DNA of 64,000 nt from Candidatus Methylomirabilota bacterium (GTDB lineage Bacteria; Methylomirabilota; Methylomirabilia; Rokubacteriales; CSP1-6): the NCBI GenBank assembly GCA_035315345.1, contig DATFYA010000095.1:8449-72448 (forward strand), read 5' to 3'. The translations under genes and the position numbers were made by a program. The notes under the pieces were generated by a model. That model was not told the origin of the DNA. It did no database searches and saw nothing but the letters and a program-made list of their open reading frames with translations. Positions 52,590 through 61,397 of this stretch are shown one piece after another. Position 1 is the first letter of the stretch, and each line of letters starts with the position of its first letter.

Positions 52590-53221
52590 GGCCGCGGCAG
52601 CCAGTACACAAGGAGATAGAGCGGCAGCCAGGCCGCCACCACGAAGTACGAGTAGATCGCGCTGACCGTGATGCTCACGAAGTGCTTGGGCTCCATGGCG
52701 CCGAAGAAGACGAGCGCGCACAGGAGCAGATCTTCCAGCGCGGCGGCGATCAGGTGGCTGGCATGGGCGCCCAGGATCGTCCACACGATCGAGCCGTAGG
52801 CGTTGGTGTGCCACCACACGTTCGCGTGGGCGAACTCCACCCCCCTCAACGCGATGCTCACCAGGGTGAGCATCGTGGCCACCGCCAGATACCAACCGAC
52901 CGCGCGCCGGTTCCGGCGCCGGGCCGCGCGATGCAGGCCGAATGTGGGGATCAGGCTCGCCACGAGGACCATGGCGTTGGCCGTCGCGGCGCCGAGGGCC
53001 GGCGGCCGGATCCCGGCGGGCGGCCAGAGCGGCGCCAGGCGTCGGAGGTAGAGATAGACGGTGGCGAGCAGGAGCAGCACCGTGCCCTCGATGACCATCA
53101 CGCTCCACATGCCCCACCAGATCGGGGTGGCGTGCCCCCACGCGGTGCGGGGCAGGGCGCGGGCATCGACGCCGACCCGCGCGTCGTCGGCGTCGGCGTG
53201 GATCAGAGATGTCGTGTCCAT
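52586..53221 (-). CDS. ctaE: heme-copper oxidase subunit III (short, about 5 TM)
   Basis: Internal Met MDTTSLIH of ORF 52586..55036(-). Motifs: WWGMWSVMVIEGTVL, GVEFAH, ILGAHASHLIAAAL. Confidence 0.75.
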   Translation of the reverse strand: MDTTSLIHADADDARVGVDARALPRTAWGHATPIWWGMWSVMVIEGTVLLLLATVYLYLRRLAPLWPPAGIRPPALGAATANAMVLVASLIPTFGLHRAARRRNRRAVGWYLAVATMLTLVSIALRGVEFAHANVWWHTNAYGSIVWTILGAHASHLIAAALEDLLLCALVFFGAMEPKHFVSITVSAIYSYFVVAAWLPLYLLVYWLPRP

Positions 53222-55050
53222 GGCCAGAACCACACGGTGAGCGCGGCGAAGCAGCACGGCGTTCCCCACACGATCGCCCACGGGGTGAACACGACGCCGA
53301 CCAGCGTGGCGGCGGTGGCCACGCCGAGCAGCAGCGGCGAGATCGCGGGCCCGTCCAGCGTCGTCCGGTGCGACGGCCGCGCCGCGCCCGCGGAGGTGAC
53401 CAGCAGCTCGCGCTGATCGCATCGCAGCCCCTCCACGACCGGAGCCGGCGGGCTCCAGCGCGGGTAGGCCGACGTCACGCACGGCAGCGGGGCGTGATTG
53501 AACGCGGGCGGTGGAGAGGCGGTGCCCCATTCCAGGCTGTCCGCGCCCCACGGATCGGGGCCGGCGAGGCGGCCGCGGCGCAGGCCCCAGGCGACCGCGG
53601 CGCCGTAGACCAGCAGGCCGGCGGCGAGGAGGAAGGCTCCGGCGGTGGCGGTCAGGTTGAGGGTGGCCCAGCCGGTCTCGGCGGCGTAGGTGGAGACCCG
53701 GCGCGGCATGCCCTGCACACCCAGGACGTGCATCGGGAAGAACGTCACGTGGAAGCCCAGGACGAGCAGCGCCACGCTGGCGCGGCCGGCCGGCTCCGGC
53801 ATCCGCCGCCCGCTCATCTTCGGCAGCCAGTACCAGAGCGCGCCGAGCAAGGGGAAGAGCGCGCCGCCGATGAGGACGTAGTGCAGGTGCGCCACGACGA
53901 AGAACGTGTCGTGCAGCTGGAGATCGATCGGGACGGAGGCGAGGACCACGCCGGTGAGGCCGCCCAGCACGAAGGTCAGGAAGAACGCGATCACGAAGAG
54001 GAACGGCGTCCGAAATACGGGCCGCCCCGCCCACATGGTGGCGAGCCAGCAGAAGATCTGGAGGCCGGTGGGGATCGCGATGGTCATGCTCGCGGCCATG
54101 AAGAAGACGCCCTGCGCGTGCGAGAGACCGGCCGCGAACATGTGATGTGCCCAGAGCGTGAAGCCGATGGCGCCGGTGGCGATGAGCGAGGCCACGATCG
54201 TACGGTAGCCGACGATCGACCGGCGCGTGAAGGTGACGACCAGCTGAGATACGAAGCCGAGGGCGGGCACGAAGATGATGTAGACCTCGGGATGCCCGAA
54301 GAACCAGAACAGGTGCTGCCACAGGATGACGTCGCCGCCCAGGTCCAGGGTAAAGAAGTGAGTCGAGACCAGCCGGTCCATCGCGAGCAGGCTGCTCGCC
54401 ACCATGATGGCGGGCATCGCGAGGATCACCATCACCGACATCACGAGCATCGACCACACCACGATCGGCATGCGCCCGAGCGACATGCCGGGCGCGCGCA
54501 GCTTCAGCGCGGTGACCGCGATCTCCACCGCGGCGACCAGGGCGGCCAGCTCGGTGAAGGTGATCGTCTGCGCCCAGATGTCGACGCCCTTCTCGGGCGC
54601 GAACCGCAGGGACGCGAGCGGCACGTAGCTGAACCAGCCCGCCTGCGGGGCGGTCCGCAGCAACAGGCTCGCGAACAGGAAGCAGCCGCCGAACAGGAAC
54701 GTGTAGTAGCCGAACAGGTTCAGGCGCGGAAAGGCCACGTTCCGGGTGCCGATCATCAGCGGCACCAGGTAGAGCCCCATGCCCTGCATCACCGGCACCG
54801 CGAACAGGAACATCATGGCGGTGCCGTGCATGGTGAAGACGGCGTTGTAGGTCGCGGGACCGAGCAGCCGGTTGTTCGGCACCGCGAGCTGCAGCCGCAC
54901 CAGGAGCGCGAGGACGCCGGCCAGGACGAAGAAGCCCAGCGCGGTGAGGATGTAACGGATGGCGATCCGCTTGTGGTCGACCTCGGTGAGCCATCCGATG
55001 AGGCCCGGCCGGCTGCCCCAGCTGCGGTGGAGCCACTCGGTCTCCGTCAT
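53203..55050 (-). CDS. ctaD: cytochrome c oxidase subunit I (A-type) with about 100-aa C-terminal two-helix extension
   Basis: Internal Met MTETEWLH (ATGA overlap with the ctaC stop). Motifs: YNAVFTMHGTAMMF, WFFGHPEVYIIFVPALG, HHMF, VVAHLHYVLIGG. Confidence 0.9.
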   Translation of the reverse strand: MTETEWLHRSWGSRPGLIGWLTEVDHKRIAIRYILTALGFFVLAGVLALLVRLQLAVPNNRLLGPATYNAVFTMHGTAMMFLFAVPVMQGMGLYLVPLMIGTRNVAFPRLNLFGYYTFLFGGCFLFASLLLRTAPQAGWFSYVPLASLRFAPEKGVDIWAQTITFTELAALVAAVEIAVTALKLRAPGMSLGRMPIVVWSMLVMSVMVILAMPAIMVASSLLAMDRLVSTHFFTLDLGGDVILWQHLFWFFGHPEVYIIFVPALGFVSQLVVTFTRRSIVGYRTIVASLIATGAIGFTLWAHHMFAAGLSHAQGVFFMAASMTIAIPTGLQIFCWLATMWAGRPVFRTPFLFVIAFFLTFVLGGLTGVVLASVPIDLQLHDTFFVVAHLHYVLIGGALFPLLGALWYWLPKMSGRRMPEPAGRASVALLVLGFHVTFFPMHVLGVQGMPRRVSTYAAETGWATLNLTATAGAFLLAAGLLVYGAAVAWGLRRGRLAGPDPWGADSLEWGTASPPPAFNHAPLPCVTSAYPRWSPPAPVVEGLRCDQRELLVTSAGAARPSHRTTLDGPAISPLLLGVATAATLVGVVFTPWAIVWGTPCCFAALTVWFWPWTRHL

Positions 55051-56099
55051 CGGAGGCTCTCGAGGTAGGCGACCAGGTGCTCGAGCGCGGGCCCGGACAC
55101 GCCGGCCGCCGGCATCAGTGTGCCCGGCTTGCTGTGCTGCGGTGCCGCCAGCCACTCGGCGAGGTGCGCGGGCGTGTTGGTCAGCGTGCCCGCGGCCAGC
55201 GTGCCCCGGCTCGCCAGGTGGGTCAGGTCGGGCCCCAAGGTGGCCACCGCCGCGGTGCCCCGGATCGCGTGGCAGCCGACGCACGCCGAGGCCATGAACA
55301 GATCGTGTCCGTCCTGCTCCTCCGGCGAGCCCGGGTGCGCGCCGGGTGACGCCTGGGCGCGCAGCCAGGCGTCGAAGGCGTCGGGCGGATCGACGTACAC
55401 CGGGAAGCGCATGCGCGCGTGTTCCAGTCCGCAGAACTCCGCGCAGACACCGATGAGCCTGCCCGCACGGCGCGGCGTGATCTGGATCCGGCCAGGATGG
55501 CCGGGCACCAGGTCCGCCTTGCCCCCGAGCGCGGGAACCCAGAAGCTGTGGATCACGTCGGCGGACCGCAGGTCGAGGAGCGTCGTGCGGTTCTGCGGAA
55601 GACGCAGCTCGTTGGCGGTGACGACCGGCTCTGCGCCGGCTCGAGCCCGGTAGCGAAACTCCCACCACCAGAGATGTCCAACGACGTCGATGCTGAGCGC
55701 CGCGGGGCGCGCGGCCGGGTGTCCGGGTCCCAGGCTGAGCCAGAGGAGGCCGGCCAGGATGACCGCGGTCGCGACGCCGCTCACCATGACCGCGCGGAAC
55801 GGCCGGCGGTCATCGGCGGCCGCAACGACGTCGCCCGGTGGCGGGCCCTGAAGCGGGCTCAGCACCGCTCGTCGCTTCAGCAGGATTGCCAGCAGCGCCA
55901 GGCTGACCGCGGCGAACACCGCAAGGGTCACGACGAAGAACACGCCGGTGAGCCAAGCCAGCGCGCTCGCCTCGGTGGAGAAGGACCGGAGAACGGAGTG
56001 CCCGCCGCAGCCGGAGAGACACACCGCGGCCGCCGCGGCCCCGCCGGCCGCTCGGGCGCGGCTCCCGACCGTGCGAAGCAGGGAAAGCCTACCCGGCAA
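55047..56099 (-). CDS. ctaC: cytochrome c oxidase subunit II fused to a C-terminal mono-heme cytochrome c
   Basis: ORF 55047..56099(-). CuA motifs are VIHSFWVP and CAEFCGLEHARM. The heme c site is CVGCH with a distal Met (GTLMP). The TTG start is uncertain. Confidence 0.85.
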   Translation of the reverse strand: MPGRLSLLRTVGSRARAAGGAAAAAVCLSGCGGHSVLRSFSTEASALAWLTGVFFVVTLAVFAAVSLALLAILLKRRAVLSPLQGPPPGDVVAAADDRRPFRAVMVSGVATAVILAGLLWLSLGPGHPAARPAALSIDVVGHLWWWEFRYRARAGAEPVVTANELRLPQNRTTLLDLRSADVIHSFWVPALGGKADLVPGHPGRIQITPRRAGRLIGVCAEFCGLEHARMRFPVYVDPPDAFDAWLRAQASPGAHPGSPEEQDGHDLFMASACVGCHAIRGTAAVATLGPDLTHLASRGTLAAGTLTNTPAHLAEWLAAPQHSKPGTLMPAAGVSGPALEHLVAYLESLR

Positions 56100-56102
56100 T
56101 TT

Positions 56103-56864
56103 CTACTCGTCCCGCCCGGAGCCCGGCTCGGCCTTCTTGCGATGCTGTGCCGCGAGAAGCGAGGCCGGCGTGATGCTGGCCACTGCAGTCTGCACCTTGT
56201 TCTTCCAGCCGCTCACCACGTCGCGCTCGCCGCTCATCATCGCGTCGAAGCCGATCTTCGCGACGTCCGCGGGATCGTCCTTCTCCTCACGGCCCACCTT
56301 CGTGTCCAGCATGCCGGCGCGGGCGAAGAACCGGGTGTCGGTCGCGCCCGGCATCAGGCACGTGACGGTGATGCCCGAATCCGCGATCTCGTCGATGAAC
56401 GCCTTCGTGCCGTTGTAGACCGCCGAGAAGGAGCCCGGGATGAAGCCGGCGATCGATCCGGTGATCAGGATCCGGCCCGACCGCCGAGCGACCATGTCGC
56501 GGCCCACGAGCTGGATCAGGCGCAGCGTGCCGGTGATGTTGGTGTCGATGACGTGCCGGGCCGCTGCGAAGTCCTGCTCGAGGAACGCGCCCCCGAGGCC
56601 GTGCCCGGCGTTGGCCAGTAAAGCGGCGACCGGTCGGCCGGCGATCGCCCCCCAGAGCGCGTCGCCGCCCGCCTCGGTCGCCAGATCTGCCTCGACGGTC
56701 TCCACCTCCGCATTCATTCCGCGCAGCTCCTGGGCCGCCCGATGGATGTCCGGCTCGTCGGCCGCGATCAGCAGATCGAAGCCGTGGCGGACACTGCAGC
56801 GCGCCAGCTCGTAGCCGATGCCACTGGAAGCCCCGGTCACCACCGCCAGCTGATGTGGGTTCAT
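56103..56864 (-). CDS. SDR-family oxidoreductase
   Basis: Internal Met MNPHQLAVVTGASSGIGYELA, preceded by GAGGAGAG. The catalytic motif is YNGTK. Confidence 0.8.
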   Translation of the reverse strand: MNPHQLAVVTGASSGIGYELARCSVRHGFDLLIAADEPDIHRAAQELRGMNAEVETVEADLATEAGGDALWGAIAGRPVAALLANAGHGLGGAFLEQDFAAARHVIDTNITGTLRLIQLVGRDMVARRSGRILITGSIAGFIPGSFSAVYNGTKAFIDEIADSGITVTCLMPGATDTRFFARAGMLDTKVGREEKDDPADVAKIGFDAMMSGERDVVSGWKNKVQTAVASITPASLLAAQHRKKAEPGSGRDE

Positions 56865-57143
56865 CGACTCTCCTCTCGCTCGATGAGAGCAGCAAGGCAT
56901 GTGCCGCGCAGCGCCGCCAGACATGGCCGGTCATCGGACGACGGGGCGAAGAGATGACGCGGTAACCATTGCCGGCGGGCGGGCGTTCGATCGCGTACGC
57001 GCGGCGTTTCCCGGTGGCACCGGGGTTGCTGCTCTGCACTGGGAGGTGGCCCCCGAGGTATCCGACGATGTAGCCTATGGCTCCATGATTCCCTCACCTC
57101 GTGGCGGCGGGCCGGTGGCGCGCCCGGCCGCTCCCCGCCGGTA

Positions 57144-57899
57144 GTGCGCGCCGTCCTCGGGGAGACCTTCCGCCTCCTCGGCCGCCACCTGTACCTGTTC
57201 ACGCTGCTGTCGCTGACCGTCTGGCTGCCGGTGCACGTGCTGCTGAACTATCTCGAGTTCTTCGAGCCCGGCGAGGATGCAGTCGGCCGCGCGCTGCGCA
57301 TCGTGCTGACCGCCCAGGTGGTGCTCGATCCCTTCGTGGTGAGCGCGATGCTGTCGGCGCTCGCGCGCATCAAGCAGGGCGTGCCCGCCGGCTACTGGCA
57401 GGTGCTGGCCGAGGGATTCGGCGCGTGGCCCCGTCTCATGCTGGTCCGGTTCATGATCCTGTGGGTCCTGCTGCTGCCGTCGCTGGGCTGGCTCGCGGTC
57501 TACGGAGCCGCGCCGGCGATCCAGCTGATGGGCGGGCTCGTGCTGCTGGCGGTGTCGGTGGCCATCGTGCTGCTGCTGGTGCGGTTCGCGGTGGTCGATT
57601 CGGCGGTGGTGCTGGGCGGCGGCTCGCCGATCACGGTGTGGCGCCAGGCCGCCGAGCTGACCGCCGGCCAGCGGTGGACCATCTTCGGAACGGCCACCGT
57701 CATCTTCGCGCTGATCTTCGGGCTCGCGGTGGTCGGCGGCCAGCTGGTCCGGATGGTGCCCGGCGCCAATCACTTCGTGGTGCGGGTCCTCTTCGACTGC
57801 GCGCTCGCGGTCGGTCAGTCCCTCTTCACGATCGCGCTCTTCCTCTTCTACTGGCGAAGGCAGGGGATCCCGGCGCCGACCGAGCCCGTGGCCACGTGA
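57144..57899 (+). CDS. hypothetical polytopic membrane protein
   Basis: ORF 57144..57899(+), GTG start, about 6 TM helices. I recognised no family with confidence. Confidence 0.55.
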   Translation: MRAVLGETFRLLGRHLYLFTLLSLTVWLPVHVLLNYLEFFEPGEDAVGRALRIVLTAQVVLDPFVVSAMLSALARIKQGVPAGYWQVLAEGFGAWPRLMLVRFMILWVLLLPSLGWLAVYGAAPAIQLMGGLVLLAVSVAIVLLLVRFAVVDSAVVLGGGSPITVWRQAAELTAGQRWTIFGTATVIFALIFGLAVVGGQLVRMVPGANHFVVRVLFDCALAVGQSLFTIALFLFYWRRQGIPAPTEPVAT

Positions 57900-58915
57900 C
57901 CGAGCCCGACCGGACGCCCACCCCGCGGCTGCCGGTCGTGGGCTGGCTCGGCGGCTGGCCGATCTCGATCGCTTCGCTGGCGCTCGGCGTGGCCGCGCTG
58001 TTCGTCTTCCGCCGCGGCCTGCCCCACGTGGCCTGGATCGTGGGCTACCTGCTGCTGCTCTGGCTGCTCTTCGTGCTGATCACCCAGCTGCGCGCGCCGC
58101 TGCTCGAGCGCGGCCGGCGCCTGGTGCTGACCGCCGCCGACTACACGATCCAGACCCTGTACCACAACCTGCTGCTCTTCGTGCTGCCGGCCTACTACGC
58201 GGCGGCCACGCTCGACTCGCCCAACGCGATATTCCCGGCGATGGTGGCGGCGGGGGCGGTGGTCACCGCGGTCGACCCGCTGTACCGGCGGCTGGTCGAG
58301 CCGCGGCGCTGGCTGAACCACGCGCTGCTCGGGTTCTCGTTCTTCGCCGCGCTCAACGTGGCGCTGCCGCTGGTGGGCGTGCGCCCCATCCTGGCGCTGG
58401 AGGGCAGCGCGGTGCTGTCCGCGCTGGCCCTGGCGCCCGCGTTCCGCCGCGAGGGCCGATTCGGCTGGCTCCGCGCCCACGCGACGGCGGTCGCCGCCGC
58501 CGTCGTGGCGATCTTCCTGATCTGGTTTGCGCGGGGCCTCGTGCCGCCGGCCCCGCTGTTCCTGGCCCGCGCGGTGGTCGCGCGCGATGTCGCCGATCTC
58601 GAGCCGGTCGATCCCGCCGAGGACCACGTGCTCGCGTCGTCCACCGTGCTGGACTGGGGCCAGCTCGCCGCCTACACCGCGGTGTACGCGCCGGCCGGCG
58701 TCCGGCAGGTGATCCGTCACGTGTGGTGGCGAGACCGGACGATGCTCGCGCAGGTCCCGCTGCCGACGCCGGTGCAGGGCGGGCGCCGGCACGGCTTCCG
58801 CACCTACTCGCGCTACACCGATCTCAAGCCGCCGGTCACGGGCCACTACCGCGTGGATGTGCTCACCGCGTCGGGCCAGCTGATCGGCCGTCTGCGCTTC
58901 ACCGTCACTCCGTGA
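57896..58915 (+). CDS. integral membrane protein with C-terminal DUF2914-like domain
   Basis: GTGA overlap with the previous stop. It has an N-terminal multi-TM region. The C-terminus is VRQVIRHVWWRDRT...GGRRHGFRTYSRY...GHYRVDVLTASGQLIGRLRFTV. Confidence 0.55.
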   Translation: MTEPDRTPTPRLPVVGWLGGWPISIASLALGVAALFVFRRGLPHVAWIVGYLLLLWLLFVLITQLRAPLLERGRRLVLTAADYTIQTLYHNLLLFVLPAYYAAATLDSPNAIFPAMVAAGAVVTAVDPLYRRLVEPRRWLNHALLGFSFFAALNVALPLVGVRPILALEGSAVLSALALAPAFRREGRFGWLRAHATAVAAAVVAIFLIWFARGLVPPAPLFLARAVVARDVADLEPVDPAEDHVLASSTVLDWGQLAAYTAVYAPAGVRQVIRHVWWRDRTMLAQVPLPTPVQGGRRHGFRTYSRYTDLKPPVTGHYRVDVLTASGQLIGRLRFTVTP

Positions 58916-58925
58916 GGACCCCACG

Positions 58926-60239
58926 ATGGACAGCATCTGGATCGAGATCGTTCTGATCGGCGTGTCGATCCTGGCCAACGCCTTCTTCGCCGGGTCGGAG
59001 ATCGCGCTGGTGTCGGCGCGTCCGAGCCGGCTGAGCCAGCTCAAGAGCGAGGGCGTCGCGGGCGCCGCGGAGGCGGCGGAGCTGAAGCGCGATCCCGACC
59101 GCTTCCTCGCCACCATCCAGGTCGCGATCACGGTGGTCGGCACGCTGGCCTCCGCGGTCGGCGGCGCCGCCGCGGTGGAGGCGCTGACGCCCCGGCTGCA
59201 GGGCAGCGGGCTGCCCGGGGCCGAGAGCTGGGGCGGGCCGGTCTCCCTGGGCATCGTGGTTCTGCTCATCTCGTTCGTGTCGCTGGTGATCGGCGAGCTG
59301 ACCCCGAAGGCGCTCGCGCTGCGCAACCCGGAGCGCTGGGCCGCGATGGTGGCGGTGCCCATCGGCCGGCTGGTGCGGGTGTTGTCCGGACCGAGCCGGA
59401 TGCTCACGTGGGCCACGCGGCTGATCCTGACCGGGCTCGGCCTGCGGGATGCGCCCATCGCCCCCGTCGTCTCCGAGGAGGAGGTGAAGTACCTCGTGCG
59501 CGAGGGCACGGTGCAGGGCGTGTTCGAGCCGGGCGAGCGCGATCTGGTCAATCGCGTCTTCCAGTTCACCGACACCCCGGTGCGCCTGGTGATGGTGCCG
59601 CGGCCCAACATCCTCGGCCTGGACGTCGCGACACCGTCGGACCAGATCCTCAAGCGCGCGGCCGAGATGGGGCATACCCGCCTGCCGGTCTTCCGCGGCT
59701 CCATCGAGGGCACGATCGGGGTGGTCGTGATCAAGGACCTGTTCCGCTGCGCGGCGCTGGGCGAGCCGGTGATCCTCGACCGGCTCATGCACCCGCCGCT
59801 GTTCGTGCCCGAGAGCGCGCCGGTCAGCGAGGTGCTCCGTCAGTTCCAGCGCCACCGGCTGCAGCTCGGTCTGGTGGTGGACGAGTACGGGCAGGTGGGC
59901 GGGCTCGTGACCACCGAGGACCTGCTCGAGGAGATCGTGGGCGAGATCCGGGACGAGCGCGAGAGTCCCCGCCTGTCGTCGGTGTCCCGGCTGCCCGACG
60001 GCTCGCTCATGATCGACGGGACCGCGGCGATCCGGGACCTGCGGGAGCAGGTGGGCCTGCCCCTCGAAGAGTCGACCGACTACCAGACGATCGCGGGGTT
60101 CCTCCTGCAGCGTCTGGGGGTGGTGCCGCGGCCCGGGACGACGACGGAGGCCGGCGGCCATCGCTGGACGATCGTGGAGATGGACGGCCCGCGGATCATG
60201 AAGGTGAGAGCCGAGGCGGTGAAGCCGCCGAGCCCATGA
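58926..60239 (+). CDS. CNNM/TlyC-family protein (DUF21-CBS pair-CorC_HlyC)
   Basis: ORF 58926..60239(+). Motifs: FFAGSEIALVS, GELTPKALA, and the CBS region VVDEYGQVGGLVTTEDLLEEIVGEI. Confidence 0.85.
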   Translation: MDSIWIEIVLIGVSILANAFFAGSEIALVSARPSRLSQLKSEGVAGAAEAAELKRDPDRFLATIQVAITVVGTLASAVGGAAAVEALTPRLQGSGLPGAESWGGPVSLGIVVLLISFVSLVIGELTPKALALRNPERWAAMVAVPIGRLVRVLSGPSRMLTWATRLILTGLGLRDAPIAPVVSEEEVKYLVREGTVQGVFEPGERDLVNRVFQFTDTPVRLVMVPRPNILGLDVATPSDQILKRAAEMGHTRLPVFRGSIEGTIGVVVIKDLFRCAALGEPVILDRLMHPPLFVPESAPVSEVLRQFQRHRLQLGLVVDEYGQVGGLVTTEDLLEEIVGEIRDERESPRLSSVSRLPDGSLMIDGTAAIRDLREQVGLPLEESTDYQTIAGFLLQRLGVVPRPGTTTEAGGHRWTIVEMDGPRIMKVRAEAVKPPSP

Positions 60240-61012
60240 GCGTGTCCCTGATCGATACCCACGCCCACCTGCACTTTCCCGAGCTGCTCGCCGACCTCGA
60301 CGGCGTGCTCGAGCGGGCGCGTGCCGCCGGCGTCACTGCGATGGTCACCATCGGCACCGACCGCGAGACGAATCCGGCCGCGGTGGCGCTGGCCGAGCGT
60401 CTGGGCTCCATCTACGCCACGGTCGGCATCCATCCGCACGACGCGGCCGAGGCCACCGAGGCCGACTTCGAGGCGATGGAGCGGCTGGCGCGCGAGTCGA
60501 CCAAGGTCGTGGCGCTCGGGGAGATGGGCCTCGATTTCTTCCGCAATCTCTCGCCCCGCGACGTGCAGGAGACCGTGTGGCGGCGTCAGCTCGGCATGGC
60601 GCGCCGCCTCGGCAAGCCGGTGGTCATCCACTGCCGCGACGCGCATCCGGAAGCGCTCGCGATCCTCGCCGACGAGCGCGTGGGCGAGGTGGGCGGGGTC
60701 ATGCACTGCTTCTCGGCCGACGTGGAGGTCGCCGGCCGCTGTCTCGACCTGGGCCTGCACATCTCGCTGGCCGGCCCGGTGACCTACAAGAACGCGAGAG
60801 CCCTGCCCGACGTCGCCCGCTTCGTGCCGGCCGACCGGCTGGTGCTGGAGACCGACTGCCCGTTCCTGCCGCCGCATCCCCATCGCGGCCAGCGCAACGA
60901 GCCCGCGTGGGTGGCCATCACCGCCGCGCGGGTCGCCGAGCTGCGCGGGGTCACGCTCGACGCTCTCGGCGAGACCACCAGCGGCAACGCCCGCCGCCTC
61001 TTCCGCCTCTGA
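60236..61012 (+). CDS. tatD: TatD-family metal-dependent hydrolase/DNase
   Basis: ATGA overlap with the previous stop. Motifs: LIDTHAHL, GEMGLDF, VVIHCRDA, MHCFS, LETDCPFL. Confidence 0.9.
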   Translation: MSVSLIDTHAHLHFPELLADLDGVLERARAAGVTAMVTIGTDRETNPAAVALAERLGSIYATVGIHPHDAAEATEADFEAMERLARESTKVVALGEMGLDFFRNLSPRDVQETVWRRQLGMARRLGKPVVIHCRDAHPEALAILADERVGEVGGVMHCFSADVEVAGRCLDLGLHISLAGPVTYKNARALPDVARFVPADRLVLETDCPFLPPHPHRGQRNEPAWVAITAARVAELRGVTLDALGETTSGNARRLFRL

Positions 61013-61050
61013 CGATTCACCCTCTCCCCCAGGGTCCGGCGAACGATTCC

Positions 61051-61073
61051 CCCTCTCCCCTCAGGGGAGAGGG
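61051..61073. repeat. REP-like perfect palindrome (10-bp stem, 3-nt loop) between convergent genes; possible bidirectional terminator
   Basis: CCCTCTCCCC-TCA-GGGGAGAGGG. A second CCCTCTCCCC lies at 61021-61030. G-rich GGGCAGGGTGAGGGGTGGCGGGG follows. Confidence 0.7.
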
Positions 61074-61112
61074 CAGGGTGAGGGGTGGCGGGGCTGAGGG
61101 CGGGCTAAGCCT

Positions 61113-61397
61113 CTACGCCCGCCGCTTCAGCACCGCGCGCGCCCGCGGCAGATCCGCGGCCGCCACCAGCAGCACCACCTCGGCCTGATGCCCCACGCTG
61201 AAGGGATACACCGACGGGGCCAGGCGGCTCTGCAGCACCACGTGGATTCCTTCGCTCTCGAGCAGGCCGCGGACCACGAGAGCTTCGGCCTGGTCGCGGC
61301 AGCGCCGCGCCTCCACCAGGCCCGCGGTGGGCGCGGTCTTCGGCGGCGGCGTGGGGAAGCGGATGATCTTGGCGCGGCGCGCGGTCATGGCGCTCAT
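61113..61397 (-). CDS. DUF2007-like small protein (putative signal-transducing, PII-like fold)
   Basis: C-terminal 94 aa of ORF 61113..61700(-), starting at MSAMTARRAK. EALVVRGLLESEGIHVVL...VLLVAAADLPRARAVL fits the family pattern. ATGA overlap with the MFS stop. Confidence 0.5.
   Translation of the reverse strand: MSAMTARRAKIIRFPTPPPKTAPTAGLVEARRCRDQAEALVVRGLLESEGIHVVLQSRLAPSVYPFSVGHQAEVVLLVAAADLPRARAVLKRRA

Noticed and set aside
56103-56864. An apparent deletion of about 8 residues in the SDR between YNGTK and the LMPG segment (KAFIDEIADSGITVTCLMPG), as a sign of a pseudogene.
   Set aside because: The reading frame is intact with a good RBS and all catalytic motifs. Loop-length variation cannot be judged without a family alignment.
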